DNA of 64,000 nt, from the NCBI GenBank assembly GCA_028534125.1, contig CM052817.1, positions 622,001 to 686,000 of the forward strand, read 5' to 3'. Origin of the DNA: Lama glama. Lineage: Eukaryota. Below are positions 1 to 13,329 of the stretch, piece after piece. The notes beneath the pieces were generated by a model. That model saw nothing but the letters and a program-made list of their open reading frames with translations. It was not told the DNA's origin and searched no databases. Each line of letters begins with the position of its first letter. Within the stretch, counting starts at the first letter, position 1. Both the position numbers and the translations under genes were made by a program.

Positions 1-371
1 TTGCCATGGCCCTCTGGGTCTCCCAAAAGTCAGCCCTGCTGCCTTCAAAGCCAAACAAACGTTCTGGGGGCTCGTCTTCCCAGCGCCGGACCCCTGGCCT
101 GGGGAGCCCGAAGTGAGGCGCAGACTGGTGGCTCCCTAGGGAGAACCTGTGCAGCTGTCATCACCCTCCGTCTCTGACCGCGCTGTGTCCCCACTCCTCC
201 CACGTGTCTTGCTGCGGTCCCTGCGGTCCGTCTTTAATTGTAGAAGGTTGTTTCTGCTGGTCTTCTGGTCTTCCTCGTCAACAGCTGCCCTGTAAGCAGC
301 TGTGCTTTTGCTGTGCCCGTGGGCGGAGGTGAGCTCAGGGTCTCCCCGCTCCTCCACCTTGGCCGCTCCTC
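1..371 (-). mobile_element. LINE-1 5' end/5'UTR fragment, truncated by window start
   Basis: Resembles the antisense L1 5' UTR (gccttcaaagcc...ctgggggctcgtcttcccagc...gtgggcggaggtgagctcagggtct...ctccaccttggccgctcc), which ends at ~371. Recognised by eye. Confidence 0.7.
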
Positions 372-399
372 TCACACCCTTCACCTTTTAATTTAACCA

Positions 400-1470
400 C
401 ACAGCTATAGGCAAAGGGAATTTTGTGCAGACAGTGTGTAGTTGGATTTTTCTCAATCCAGTGTAAAAATCTCTGCCTTTAATTGATGGTCTTTTAATGG
501 ATGGTTTAGATATTCACATTGAATGTAATTATTTACATATTTGGATTCAGGGCTAACACTTTATTATTCCTGCATGTTCATCTCGTCTTTATTCCTCTGT
601 TGTCCATTTCCTTTATGATTACTTATATTTTTTTAGTACCTCACCTTATCTCCTGGGTTTTTTTTTTCACTACATCACCCTGTATACTTATTTTTTTACT
701 GATTGCTCTGGAGATTATAATCTAGACACTGGACTTCTCACAGGCTATTTAGAATCAACATTTCCCCTTCAAGTGGGACGTAGACAGGTAGCACCGAACC
801 GCCTCGGTCCTCCCTCTGCGGCTGTGGCCGCCGTTGCCTCAGCACTGCCTCCTCACGCAGCCCCGTCCCCTCTGGCGGCGCCACAGCTCTCACTCTCGAC
901 TACCACACACGCTCTAAAGAAGTGAGAAGGGAAACACAGCATTTCACCCGGACATTATGATTTCCATCCCTTCGTCCCTGAAGTTCAAGCTTCCCTGCTG
1001 GTGCCACCTTCACCCTGGCTGCAGAGGCCCCTTCAGCGCTTCTTTTACAGCGGGCTTCCCGCTGGCAAACGCTGCTCGTTTTCCTTCCTCTGAGAATGTC
1101 TTTCTTTTGCCTTAATTCCTGAAGGACATTTTTGCTGGTTATGGAATCCTGGGTGAACAGTTCATCTCTTCTTCCACTGCCTCTTGTCTCCGTGGTCTCT
1201 GGCAGGACATCTGCAGGCCCTTCTCTGCTTGTTTCCGCGTGTGTAAGTCTCTTCCTCTGCCTGCTCACAAGGCGTTTTCTTCGTCTTTGCCTTTGAGTCG
1301 TTTGATGGTATTTCTGGATGTGGATTTGAGCGGACCGTCTTTGGAGCTCACTGAGCTTCTCGAACCTGTAAATGTGTGTCTTTTAGCAGATTTTGGAGGT
1401 TTGGAGCCACTCTTTCTTCAAAAACCTTTCTGCACACTTTCTCTCTTCCTTCAGGGACTCTGTTGTGGCG
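400..1470 (-). mobile_element. Ancient LINE-1 (L1M-type) ORF1/ORF2-5' region fragments
   Basis: T-rich antisense L1 motifs: 'aatctctgcctttaattgatgg...tattcacattgaatgtaattatt' and 'ctgagaatgtctttcttttgccttaattcctgaaggacatttttgctggttatggaatcctggg'. Confidence 0.6.
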
Positions 1471-1504
1471 CATGTCAGCTCTTCGTCCCTTTCTGTTGCC
1501 CGGT

Positions 1505-2915
1505 AGGCGTCCATTGTGTGGGCACATCCCATTTCGTTTACCCAGTCACCAGTCTGTGGACATTCATTTAGCCTCAGCTTCATGGCTGTGTGAGCAATGC
1601 TGCTGTGAACACGTGCGAATGAGGTTCGTTTCTCTTGGGCGTCCACCTTGGGGGGGCTGTTGAGCTGTAAGGCAGCTCTGCTTTAACCATTTGAGGGACT
1701 GCCAGACTGCTCTGAGAGTGGCAGCACCGTCTTACGTTCCCTGCAGCCCTGTGTGAGGGTCCAAGGCCTCCGTGCCTTTGTCAGCTCTTGCTGTTCTCTG
1801 ACTTTCTGATTCTAGCCATTCTAGTGGGTGTGCAAGGATGCTTTATTGTGGTTTTAGCTTGCATCTCTAGGGACCAATGACACTGAGCATCTTTTTCGTG
1901 TGTTTATTGGCCATTTGTACATGTTCCTTAGAAAAGTTTCTATTCAGATTGCTTGCCCATTTTTAAACAGTTGTTTGGTCTTTGTATTACTGAATTTTAA
2001 GAGTCCTTTATTCAGGACAGAAGGGTCTTATCAGACGTGTTTGGAAACGTTGTCTTCCATTCTCCGGGGTGTCGTTCCTCCGTCTTTGCAGCGCTCTCGG
2101 GGGCATGGACATCGCTAGCTTTCACTGAGTCTAGTTCATCCATTTTCCCTTTTGCTGTTGGTCCTCCTGGTGTCATATCTGAGACGCCATTTGCCAAATC
2201 TAAGACCATGAAGATTTACTCTTATCTTTTTTCTTCTAAGAGTTTCATAGTTTGGGTTCTTACATGGTTTTGGATGGGTTTTGAGTTAATCCTCGTACGT
2301 GGTGTAAGGTAGGACTCAAGCTTCATTCTTTCGCACGTGGTTATCTGGTTTTCCCAGCACCATTTGTTAAAAAGGCTATTCCTCACCCGCGGGCGGGCTC
2401 AGCACCCTTGTCAGACGTCAGCTCACCACAGACACGTGCTCTGTTTCTGGATTCTCTTCCAGTCCACTCTTCAGTGTCTGTCCTTGTGCCAGTACCGTGC
2501 TGCCTTAGTTACCCTTGCTTCATAGGTTTTGGGACTGGGAGAATGAGTCTTTCTACTTTTTCCTTCTTTTTTGGGATTGTTTTGGCTATTCTGGGTCCTT
2601 TGCAATTCCACAGGAATTTTAGAATCAGCTTGCCAATTTGTGCAAAGAAGTCAGTTGCGGTTCCGAAAGGGCTTACAGTGAATGAGGATCAATTTGGGGA
2701 GTTTGGTCATCTTAAAACAATATTAACTCTTTGAAAACATGAACACAGGATATCTTTGTGTTTCTTTAAGTCTTCTTTAAATTCTCTCAGCAGTGTTTTG
2801 TAGCGTTCAGTGTACAAGTCTTGCACCTTCTTGGTTCAATTTATTCTTAAGTATTTTATTCTTTTTGATGCAATTTTAAATGGAATTGTTTTCTCAATTT
2901 CATTTTCAGATGTTT
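1505..2915 (-). mobile_element. LINE-1 3' portion (ORF2 C-terminus plus part of 3'UTR), decayed
   Basis: Typical antisense L1 text (tctagccattctagtgggtgtg...ttcccagcaccatttgttaaaaaggct...ttggctattctgggtcctttgcaattcca). Minus ORF 2012-2209 (DLANGVSDMTP...KMDELDSVK...EWKTTFPNTSDKTLLS) resembles the L1 ORF2p C-terminal region. Confidence 0.9.
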
Positions 2916-3328
2916 ATTAAGATTACAGTTTTAAACTTCATTTCTTTGCTTTGCAATTTCATCTTTTTTTCTCTTATGCTAAAAATCCCTTAATGACATT
3001 AACATAATCACTTACGTGCCTCCTCCTGCAATATACCTACAGTAAGTTCAAAATGACAGTGCCAGTGCTTTTATTAGCAGCGGGATCACCAAGGACAGTT
3101 TAAGATTTCTTGATGCAGCTTTTTTTGTTTGTCCTTAGAATCCACTCGGCACGTTCATACAAACACTGGGTGTTACAGTCACTTGAACTGATTTTTTTTT
3201 CCTGTGTGGTCAGAATAACTGGTTCCAGCTTGCTTTAAAATTTTGTGGATTGATGGTCTCCTTTTTTATTGAAATTTTTATCATGTAAAGCCCTTACTGT
3301 TCTGATGTCAAAATCTAGGACAAAGTGA

Positions 3329-3487
3329 GGAGGAGGGTATAGCTCAGTGGTAGAGCGCATGCCTACCCCGTACACAAGGTCCTGGGTTCAATCCCCACTA
3401 CCTCCTTTAAGAGATAAGTAAATAAATACATAAATAAATAAAATCTGATTCCTACCCCCGCAACCAAAAAATAAAAGTAAAAAAAAC
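3329..3487 (+). mobile_element. tRNA-derived SINE, resembles camelid Vic-1 family
   Basis: G-rich head, Pol III A box TAGCTCAGTGG (3340-3350), B box GGTTCAATCC (3385-3394), then (TAAA)n, a C-run and an A-rich tail. Family assigned from recalled consensus. Confidence 0.85.
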
Positions 3488-4599
3488 CCCAACATACACA
3501 TATACAGGCCAAAGTCCTTGCACGGTGTCCCCCTTTGCCTCAGCCGCCACCCTGTTTTCTCTCTATCCCTGTGGTAACTGTTTTGACTCATTTTCCGTCT
3601 ACTTTTTCATAATTTCTCTTTGAAAACAAGCAAATAAACATTGCTATCCACAGCCCCCTTTCCCCCAGAGAGGACGCCGCCCACCGTGTTCTGCATGGAC
3701 CAGCATCCCATGCACTTCTCAGCCTACACCCTCGCATTCCCCACCGCCTTCCCTCCCGGTGAGCCTGCTCAGCTGGCAGCCCCTTGGGTGATGGGAGTTT
3801 CTGGCTTTTAAGCGACCCCCTGACCATGCCCACTAGTCCTGTAAGAGGCCTGCTTCCAGGCTGCACTGGCCCTTGAGGCTGGTGATGGAGCCACCAGATA
3901 CAACACCAGCAGCTACCAGAATGACCGCCGCCGCTGCCACCTGCCCTGCGCTGGGCTGGGCCCGCCCTCCAGGCAGGTCCTGGAGAACCTCCGTGTGGCA
4001 GCACGTCAGGGCAGTGCTGCTGTCAGTCCATGTCTTCGACAAACAGCCCTGAAGCACAGTGAGGAGCGGAGAGAGCTGAGGAGATGGCGCGGGTCCCCCG
4101 CGATCTCACGGAGCCGGTGCCGCTGTGGCCCGTCCCAGCCCCGGGTGGGCTCACAGTGGGAGGCCCGCAGCCTGTGGGCCCCACTCACACACTCCTGAGT
4201 CCTCTCTCTGGGTGGGACCCCGGCTGGGGAGCAGTCTCTGGGGGACTCAAAGGGAAGGAGCACTGTGAGGGGAGGTGGTCTGGGAGGGGCAGTCTGAGCC
4301 CTGCAGCACCTGCCCCGCCTCCATCTCCTCCCCGGCCCTGGTCTTTGTCCCCCAGCCCCGCGGCTGTGCAGGGCTTCTCATGGATGGAGGCCCTGACAGC
4401 GTGGAGCCCTTGCTGCCCTACTTCTGTCTGGCCAGGGGCCACCGAGCCTGGGTCTGGGCTGGCCAAGCCCCTGGGCAGTGGGGTGCCTGCCCACCACCAG
4501 GGTGAGGGCTCTGCAGCCCTCTGCTTGTCTCTGCCTGGGCTTTGAGGCCGTCCCTCCTGTGAGTCGGCCAGAACCTGGTGGGCCTTTAACAAGTGGTGT

Positions 4600-4720
4600 T
4601 CGTGACAATCGCATAGCTCCCCAGTCTCAGTTTACCAACCAGAAAAGGGGGTGATGCAAGCTCCCCACGGGGCTGGTGCAGAATTAGAGGGGCTTCCTCC
4701 TGGCAGACATCCTGGGAGCA
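4600..4720 (+). mobile_element. MIR fragment
   Basis: 'ccagtctcagtttaccaaccagaaaagggggtgatg...ggggctggtgcagaattagag' resembles the MIR core. Confidence 0.45.
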
Positions 4721-6879
4721 TGACAGTGTCGCACTTCCTGCCACCCAACTTGCAGGTGGCTCCCGGGGCCCGGCTGCCCCCTAGCCCCCTGCGTGCGGCG
4801 GGCTGCAGCGGCAGAAGGCCGGAGGGCCGGCCCTGGGAGTGCGTCCGAGGGCGCCTCTGGCCCCTCCTTTGGCATCGTTTCTCGGCCTCAGGGCCCGAGT
4901 CCCAGCGCTGAGGCCGGCAGACCTGGGCAGGAGGCGGGTGTGAAAGGAGGTGCAGCAAACTGGAAAGCCGGTGTGAGCCCCCGGGAGGGAGTCTGGCTGC
5001 TCTGCCCGGCAGCCAGGGCCCGGCAAGTCCCAGACTGGACTGTCCACCTGTGGGACCCCCCTGGTCATGTGGGGCAGGGCATCTGGTTGAGGGCAGCCCC
5101 CAGTGTCCACCTGCTGGCCTTGGAACCAGCAGCCTGAGCCTGTGTGGACCAGTGGAGATGCTTGGAGAGACAGAGGGTCTGGGTGGCCACATGTGGCAGG
5201 GGCTGGCACAGCTCATGGGCCTGAGGTCAGGGTGGGCCTGCAGGGCTGGAGGGAGGATTGAGGAGCGGGTCTGGCCTCTCCCCACATTGGTCTCCCCCTT
5301 GGTATGAAATAAAGATCCTGCAGTGTTGGGAAGTGCAATCACTACATGCTTGGGATCTTTGACTCTCAGGGGTTGCTAAGGAAGTCCCTGTGGCTGACCC
5401 AAGGGGCCAGGGCGCGAGCAGGGCCCTGCGGCCCTGCGCAGGGTGCCACAGAGGTGGCAGGTCTCACATGTGCCCAGGGTCCAGTCATGGGGGTTGCAGG
5501 TGGACCTGGGGGTGCGGGCCTCCTCCTGAGATGGGAGGTGGGCGGGGCAAGGGGAGGGGCTGAGGGCCGAGCTGACAACTTGGTTTCCTCACATTTACTT
5601 GCACAGCTGAGTGGGGGCTTTGAGGAAGCAGCTGGATTTCGGGATCTGGAATCTGGGGAGAGTCTGGGCTGAGAGAGAAAAGGGGTCATGGCGCTGCGGC
5701 CAAGGTGGCAGGTAGATGGGGTCTCTGAGCCCTGGCCCTGGGCGCTAGTGACCCCACCCATCCTCTCAGGTGCTGGGCAGACCTGGCCCTCCTGGCCCCA
5801 CACCACATCGGCCTCCAGCAGGCCTCGCGGCACCCCTGCAAGTGGGCACGAGCTGCTGTCACCGTCTCCAAGGCTCCAGGCCCAGGTTCAGGGCCACTGA
5901 TCTCAGAGGACTCTCCCAGGAGGTGAAGCTTCCGGAACCGGGGAAGACAGTGTCTCAGCCAGAGTGGGTGCCCGGCTGGACCGCAGCCTGCTGAGCAGTG
6001 ACATGAGTGACACCTGCAGGGATCCAGGGAGGGGAGTCAGTGATGACCTTGGGAAATGCTGGGGGTTGCGGGGAGGGCAGAGACGGGAGGGAGGAGGTGG
6101 AGCATCTCTGTCCTGGGGGCTCTGCTGCAGGGGCTGGAGGTGGGGGGCCTGGGCACTGGCTGGTCCCTGCACTGGCCTGCACGCCCTTGGTGGCTGCTTG
6201 TGTGTCTGGGCTCCTGGAGTGCCCCACGGGGCCTGTTCCCTGTGCACGGTGCCCGTCCAGCACCGAGCAGGCCCAGCCACACCCGGCCAGGATTTGCGCC
6301 CTGCCCCTACTCCGTGTGCAGGCGGGTGGACTTGGCAGGTGCGGTTCCAGTGATGCAGTCTCTCCCAGGTGATGCCCGTGGGTCCTCAGCCTGTGTGGGT
6401 CACGCCCAGCGTCAGCCAACGGGCATAAAGGAGATGGTCCTGGTAACCTGAAGAGCTCCTGGCAGAGGGGAGACCCCGCCCCCACCTGTGGGCTTCTCAC
6501 CTGCCCAGCCAGACTCCGTAGCCCGTTCTGTGAAGTGGCGTCTCGGTACACAGACACTTCCTGTTGGTCTTCTCGGAGAGCCCCGGCTCACACATGGTGC
6601 TGGGCCCACTTCAGAGTGAACCCCTCAGTGGTGAACCCCTGGCAGCACAGGGACCCTCAAGTCAGGAGGCCACAGTGACCGCAGTGTCCTCTGGCCCCTC
6701 TATCCTGGGCAGAGGAGCAACCCTGCTGCAAGAGCCTGGAGGACCCGTCCAGAGCCCCTGAGTCTCTGCTGTGGGGTGTTGGCTCTGGGAGTCCGTCACT
6801 GGCTCCATGTGGAGTCCTGCCAGTGCTTCCCGTGCGTGGGAGTACATCTCAGGGGCCTTTGACAGATATGCGGTAGAGG

Positions 6880-7140
6880 AGGGGCATTTACAAGGGGTCC
6901 TGTGTCCACATCGATGCTGAACAGCGGGGGTTTGATTTTGCAGTTACAGGAGGGACGATAAGTGGGCAGGAGATTCAGGGTCGAGGCTAATTGACGGAGA
7001 AGCTGCTTGGAGTCGATCGTGAAGCATCAATTCTCTGTGGCAGCAGACGGCGGTCTGGGGGCCATCAGTGTCTCTGCTTTTGATACAGAGCAAAGCGCAG
7101 GCTCCGTATCAAGGCCAAGTTCCACGGGCCCTAAACTGCC
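6880..7140. promoter_or_regulatory. Candidate conserved non-coding element (enhancer-like island)
   Basis: Lower-GC, CpG-retaining, non-repeat island with CTAATTG, GATAA and ATCAAT motifs. Confidence 0.35.
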
Positions 7141-10100
7141 TTCCAGCGCCAGGCCAGGCCTGAGCATGCACGCCTGAGATGCTCACATGCCCTATGGACC
7201 CTGGGTCAGACCCGGAGCCCGCTTGGTTCTCAGGGCTGGGCTGGCGTGAGCCACCTTCCGGCTGGGCTGCAGGGACGGCTTGATGGTGGGAGTCCAGGTG
7301 CTTGGAGTCTTCCGTGCCTATGTGGCTCTGGGTCAGGGTGGGCCCAGCTCGTGGGTGAGGTCCCTGCTGCCCTCCTTTATGCTGCTGGCTGCACGCTTGG
7401 TGCTCCTCCCATCACCCCAGCGCCCCCTACCCCACTCCCCTTTCCTGTCACTAGTCCCCACCTGTGTGCCCTCCAGGGCAGGCGTTTTCCCTGGGCTCCA
7501 GGCCGGTCCACACTGCCCACTGAACAGGCCCTCTTCTGGGTGTCCTGCCGTCCAGAGTCCCCTCCAACTGCACCTCCAGAGAGATTCCTGGGTGCTCCGA
7601 CGGCCCCTGCCCTCCCCTGGTGGCATCACAGCCCCCTCCCGCCCACCTTTTCCCCTCTTCCATCCTGACACTGCCCGAGGAGGCTGTCCCTGGGGCCCTG
7701 CCTGCGTACCCCATGGGGCACAACCCGGGATGGAATGGGGTGCCGTGTGGTGTGGGGCAGATCTGTCCTGGGAGCAGGTGCTCCTGCGCTGGGGCCAGTA
7801 ACCGTGCAGTACAGATGAACCAGTAACACGATGGGACTCAGCCTCCCTGTCTCCAGTTCAAGTGGGACAGCCCTGTGGGACTCCTGTCCTGCCCACCCCG
7901 AGAGTGTGACCGTGTGGGGCCAGGCATCCCCCAGACCCTCTGCAGGCTGCCGCTGCTCAGGGCATATGGCCGAGGCACCCAGGAGCTCCGTGGCCAGTGG
8001 GGTGGCTGTTGGGACCTTAGGCCACCATCCTTGGGTGTTTTGAGGTCCTGGGAATCGGCACTGCCCACCCCCAGGCTTCCATGCAGGCGGGAAGCCCAGA
8101 ATGTGGTGGGAGATGGAGCTGGCTGCCGGCCTGGGCGTTCACCTCCCGGAACGAGAGCTAGATGGTGGATTAGTTACTTCCTTGTAAATAGTGTCTTTTC
8201 AAAACTGGGGACCCAGAGACAGGAGCCCCTATAAATGGCACTTTTGTTACCATTGCCAGGAAGAAAGTAAGGCCTGGAGATGGGCGGTGAGCTCCCTTCT
8301 CCACTCGTAGCGTCTGTCACATTGAGGGAAAAATGCAGCCCGCCCACCACCTCTTGCTGCCCAAGCGGCGGGGCCTCGGCTCTCGGATCTTGGGGCCTGT
8401 CTCTGGCCCACTTCTCTGGCTGGGGGAGGGGGCTCAGGTCTGGCCCCAAGGCTGCACTGGGGCTGGAGAGAGCTGGGGCCCGGCACAGCTGTGGGTCAGC
8501 CTATCCAGCCCAAGGCAGGGCCCAGGGAGCTGTGTTCTCTGCAGGCTTGTGACCAGGAGGGTGGATGTTGAAAGACTATGTGGAGAAGGATCTGCTGGCA
8601 TGGGGGCTGGTGCCCTGCATGGCCTGGGAGAGTCACCAGGCCTCTGGAGGTGCCTGCAGTGGGCAGAGGTCCACAGGGTGCCAGATGGGAGAGAGGGTGG
8701 GCAGGGGCGGAGGCCTCAGACCCCAGGGCCCTCTGGAGGACTGCTCTAGTGCCCAGGCCCCCACTGAGGGTCTGGGGGCCCGCAGGCTGGAGTGAGCCTG
8801 GCTGAGGCTTTGGGCGGTGACCAGACAGGGTAGGGAGTCGGGACCAGCGGTGGCCTAAGGAGACTGCTTCAGAGGGAGGCGCCTGTGACCTTGCCTGGCA
8901 GGCGGAGGTCCCGCTTTGGCCATCTGTGGGGCAGCAAGAATACACACCAGGTTGTGTGCATGTGCCCTTCATGGTGAGTCCTGTGCCCTCACCACACCTG
9001 GAGGCCTGGGTGCTGGGTGCAATGTGCTGGGACTGGAGGAGGCGGCTGGGGGCTCCAGGACCAGTGGTGGCTACTGCCCCTGGAGGAGAGGAGAGAGGGC
9101 CAGAAATACAGGGGCACTGGGCCAGGTGGGGTCATGGCCCTCAGAGGGCAGAGGAGACACAGGAAACCCGTGGGGCTGGGTCTGGAAATGAGGGAGCCAA
9201 AGAGACACTGGTAGGGAGAGAGGTGCAGGGTAACCAGCACCCACGGGCTCAGGACAGGGTTCCAACCCAGGCTGCCACCGAGTCCTCCATCAGGGCCCCC
9301 ACTGCTGGGACAGGGACTCACTGCGCAGCAGCTGGTCAAGAAGCTGATACAGAGCATGTGGTTGCTGTCCAGCACTGATGGTGCTGAAACCAAGCCTCCC
9401 TGTGTGAGCGCCAGACGCCCGCAGCCCACTGCCTCGGGTCCTCCCACGTCCCTGCCCAGCCTGTTATCAGCTCATCTGCAGTGGGGCTGACAAGTTGCCC
9501 ACAACTTGGCGTCGCCTATCGACGACTCACCTTTGCCCCGTTCCAGCCGCGTTGAGTTGTCCAGGCACTGGCCTCCCAGCAGGGGCTCCAGCAGCTCTTG
9601 GATGCCCACAGATGGGTGGTGCTGGGGCCCCCTGTGCTTGGACCATCTCACCAGGGTGACCATATTCCTATTCATGTCCAGCACAGGTATTAATAGTGTG
9701 TGAGCTGGTCGGTTCCCCACTGAACACCACTTTACCTCTTATCCTTTGGCCTGAGCCCATCCCCTGCCCTTGGAGCCAGGTGACCTCAAGGTCCTCGGGT
9801 GCTTGGGAAGGATCCAAGGATGTGAGACATGCAGAGAGTGAACTTGGTGGCCAGTCTTGATTAGAGGCCCCTCTTCACCCCTGTGCATCTGCCACACCCC
9901 CGCCTCCTAGGCCCTCCGGCTAAGCCATCTGATGACCCCTGACACACCTGAGGCCCCATCTCCTGGAGAGGCTGAGGGTGGGATGTATCCCCCTGCATTC
10001 TGTGTACTAGAGGGACAGGAAGGGTGCTTCATGCCTCTTCCTTTGGAGAGAAGTCCCTGGTGGGCAGCTGAGCTGAAAGTAGATGCTGCTGGGCAGAGAC

Positions 10101-10192
10101 ATGGGTGCCAAGTGGCTGTGTGTGACTCTGCCACACATCTTCATGGCCTCAGCAGCTGGATGGCTTGCTCTTTGTCTGTGTTGCCGAGACAG

Positions 10193-10312
10193 CACCACCA
10201 TCACCATTATCATCACAACTATCACCACCACTGCTATCACTGCCATCACCACCATCACCACCATCACCACCATCATCACCACCACCATCATCACCACCAC
10301 CACCACCATCAC
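10193..10312. repeat. (CAC/CAT)n trinucleotide microsatellite
   Basis: Directly visible imperfect triplet array; explains the poly-H/T/V ORFs. Confidence 0.97.
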
Positions 10313-10490
10313 TTATGGCATTTCCAGGGTAAAACAACCCAGCCAAAGAGGTGTTTATTATCCTCATTTTGCAAATAAATATCCCAACCTTCCTCATGGA
10401 AATGAAGGAAAGTGCTCAAGGTCACACAGCTTTCAAGTGGAGGAATTACAGTTTGCATTGACATCCGTCTGATCCTGGAGCCTTTGCCAT
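10313..10490 (-). mobile_element. MIR fragment
   Basis: 'ttattatcctcattttgcaaat...tgctcaaggtcacacagct...gtggaggaattacagtttg' matches the antisense MIR core. Confidence 0.7.
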
Positions 10491-10989
10491 GACCAAAGGC
10501 CACAGCTTCCTTTTCCCTCTGGCCCAGCATGGGCATGTGTCCTGAGTCCCCCACCCCTCCCATCCTGTGTCATCAGCAGGCATCGGGGCCTGTCTGTCCC
10601 ACTCTCCCGACCATGGGGAGTGGGGCTGCTGGGTTGGGGGAAAAGGAGGAGATAGGCCTGAGAGGTGGGCTCCAGCTGGGGTGAGGGCCTCCCTAGTGAA
10701 GGTGGAAGCCTCTACCTCTGACCCCTTCCCGGGAGAGGCACAGAGAGCCTGGGTGGTCAGACTTTGAGCCATAAGGCGCCAATGGGGCCCACTTACCAGG
10801 AGGTGGCTGGTTGTGACTAGAAGGTCACAAGTGGGAGCTGTCTTCTCCTTCCATCCCAATGTGGCCGGGGTCTGGGTGAGGGACTCAGGCTGTCCAGGCT
10901 GGGGGCTCTGAGGCCCCCCACTCCTCCAGCTCCACTCCCCAAGACGCTGTGTGGCTGCCCAGCCTTCTCTTCTGTCACTGCTCACTACT

Positions 10990-11790
10990 GTCCCTGCTTC
11001 CCTCTTGGCTGGTTGAGTGGGGTTTTAGCAGGTCCTTCAGGAAGAGTCCACCTGATGCTTTAGAAGGGGTCATTTCTGCTTGCGTTGCTTTCCTGAGGGT
11101 ATTTGCAACAACCCCTCATGGTTTCTCTGACGTTAGCTGGTTTTTTTCCCCCGCAGCCATGACTTGGTCATTTTCTTTTCTGGCTTGGGTGTCCTGGACT
11201 GTATTCTCCAAGCTTCAGTGCTGATTATCTGTATCTGTTTTTCCTGGGGAACACTGTGTCCTTCCAAATCTTCCCTCTTCAGCAATGTTTTCTTAATTTT
11301 TAAAAATGTTCTGAAATTGTGCCGTGTGTCAGGCTGGCTCCCCCCCCCCCCGGGGGTGCTGTCAGGCAGGTGCTGGTGGCCTGTGCTGCCTTGTGGGTGC
11401 CAGCTTCCCAGACCCGGTCCCGGCCGCCCCTCCCTGACCCTGGCCTTGACCCTGTGGCGGCCTGTCTGCTTCCTCAGCGTCCAAAGAGCCCTTGTCTGAA
11501 TCAGTAGGTCAGGTGGCTCGCGTGGAGCTACAATTTTTCGCTCTCACTTCTTTTCCTGAGATCTGTCAGCTTGTTCGCGGTTTCCCTCTGTCGTCGTCTT
11601 TCTTTCTTGAGCTTTTGTGTTTCTGTTTTGAGCCTTTGATTCACCTCACGAGGCCCTTGTGTCTGTAAACCCTTTCTTTTTATAGAGAACTGTTTGGTCA
11701 AATTTTTCTCTGCTCTTTGGCAACATTTTCCTGGTAAGTTTTCTTTGCTTTTACTTATTCCCTCTGTCTCTGCCTGCCTGCCTGTCTCTC
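10990..11790 (-). mobile_element. Possible highly decayed L1/HAL1-type fragment
   Basis: T-rich, pyrimidine-skewed block contrasting with its flanks. Minus ORF 11528-11800 is K/E/R-rich like the ORF1p coiled coil. Weak. Confidence 0.35.
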
Positions 11791-13329
11791 CCTTCCTCAC
11801 AGTCTGCCTCAGCTGGCTGGCAGCATTTCAGGGTAGCCTCTGTCCTGGGTCCCTCTCCGCCTTTCTGTCGCTGCCAGTCACCTTTGAACGAGGGGCCCCT
11901 GCAGGGCCTGGGAGCCTGGGGCTTGTCTGTCATCTGTGGAGCCTCGAAGAGTCTCTCGCTGGGTGGTCCCAGGTCAAAGAGGCAGGAGACCCCTGACGTG
12001 GAGTGAAGCTCGGAACGAGGCAGGGTGGGAGCGGGATGCCGTGTGCGTGTGTGTGTGTGACTCCCAGCCGCTAAGAAGCGCAGGGAAGATGCTGCTTACC
12101 CACCATTTTGTTCCCACCTGATCCCACTGCCACTGAGGGCCCCGTTCGGTGCAACAGAGGAGGCCGGTGACCGTCAGTGCCACCTGCAGCCCATCCTGTG
12201 TAGACATGCTGCCGGGAGCCCAGGTCCTCACGCTCCAGGAGCTGCACTGAAGGCCCCCTGTCCTCCAGCCCCTAGCCCGCAGCTGGCGCTGTGTCAGGGA
12301 CAGGCTGACGTAGGAGCGGGCACAGGTTGTAGGTGCCAGTGCTGGGCTTTGGTCTCCAAAGCAACTGAACAGCCTGCATGCCTTTGTGTCTCATGTACCT
12401 CTGTCTGTCCTTGCGCCCCTCTCTCTGTCCTTGTGTCCCTCTGTCTCCCTCATGTTCCTTGCTGGGCACTCCTGCCAACCTAGCCCTTGGCTGTGTGAAC
12501 CCTGTCCACCCCCAGAGGCCCCGCCCCCTTCCTCCTGCCCTCTCCTCTCCGCATGGCCTCCAGTCTCAGGCTTGGCCCCTCCACAGGGTGACCCTGGGCT
12601 GTCCTCCACATGGCATCCTTGCCTGCATTCTGTCCAGCTGCCCGCGCACAACTGGCCCTGTTCTTAGGACAGCCTTGCCAGTCCGGCAGACCCAGGGTCC
12701 AGTTCCAGCCACAGCAGGGGCTCCCCGAGAGTGACACACTGTGTGGCCATCCAGGTGGCCCAGCAGAAGGGGGTCTGGAGGAAAGGGGAAGCCTGGGGGA
12801 GGACCTTCCCCACCCCCATCCCTGCCTGTCCTGATGTCCCTTCAAGGAGCCGGGCTGGCTGCCAGGGCCTGTGAGATGGAGGGTGTGTGGTGGGGCCAGA
12901 GCTCTGCCCACCCCACGGCCGGGGCAGGGCTGGGCTTCTCCCGGTCTTGCTTCCATGGAGGGCTCCTGTGGGGCCCCATCAGCTACAGCGTCGGGCCACA
13001 CGCTGGCTGGGCAGGAGTGACCCCTCGTCCCATTTGTCTCTGGAGGCGGGGGCTCCCTGTGGGGTGGTGGAGGGGGAGAGGGGAGAAATCAGGAGGAGGA
13101 ATAGGGGAGAAGAGCACTGGGCCCCTGGCCACCCTGCGGGGTGCAGACCCTGGAGCGTGGCTGAGCAGGGCAGGAAGGGGCGGGGCAGGCTGGAGTCCTG
13201 GGGGGCAGGCAGGGCCCGGGCCCTGAGCCCAGGGGACATCCTGGCTGCGGCCAGAGGCTCGACAGACGGCAGACGGGCTTCCTTGAGTGGGGCTGTGGGT
13301 CTCCCACCCGAGCCCACCTCCCACACTCT

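Noticed and set aside
3329..3410. tRNA gene
   Set aside because: It has A and B boxes but a disrupted anticodon arm and a SINE-type (TAAA)n/A-rich tail, so it is a SINE.
5300..5345. AATAAA at 5308-5313 as a gene end
   Set aside because: It is an isolated hexamer with no supporting terminal exon.
9500..9720. Possible minus-strand exon ending at a consensus donor (AAG|GTGAGT at 9531/9530)
   Set aside because: There is no good upstream acceptor, no recognisable peptide and no partner exons; a lone donor match is expected by chance.
9932..10472. His-rich and Thr-rich ORFs
   Set aside because: They are produced by the (CAC/CAT)n tract and an adjacent MIR.
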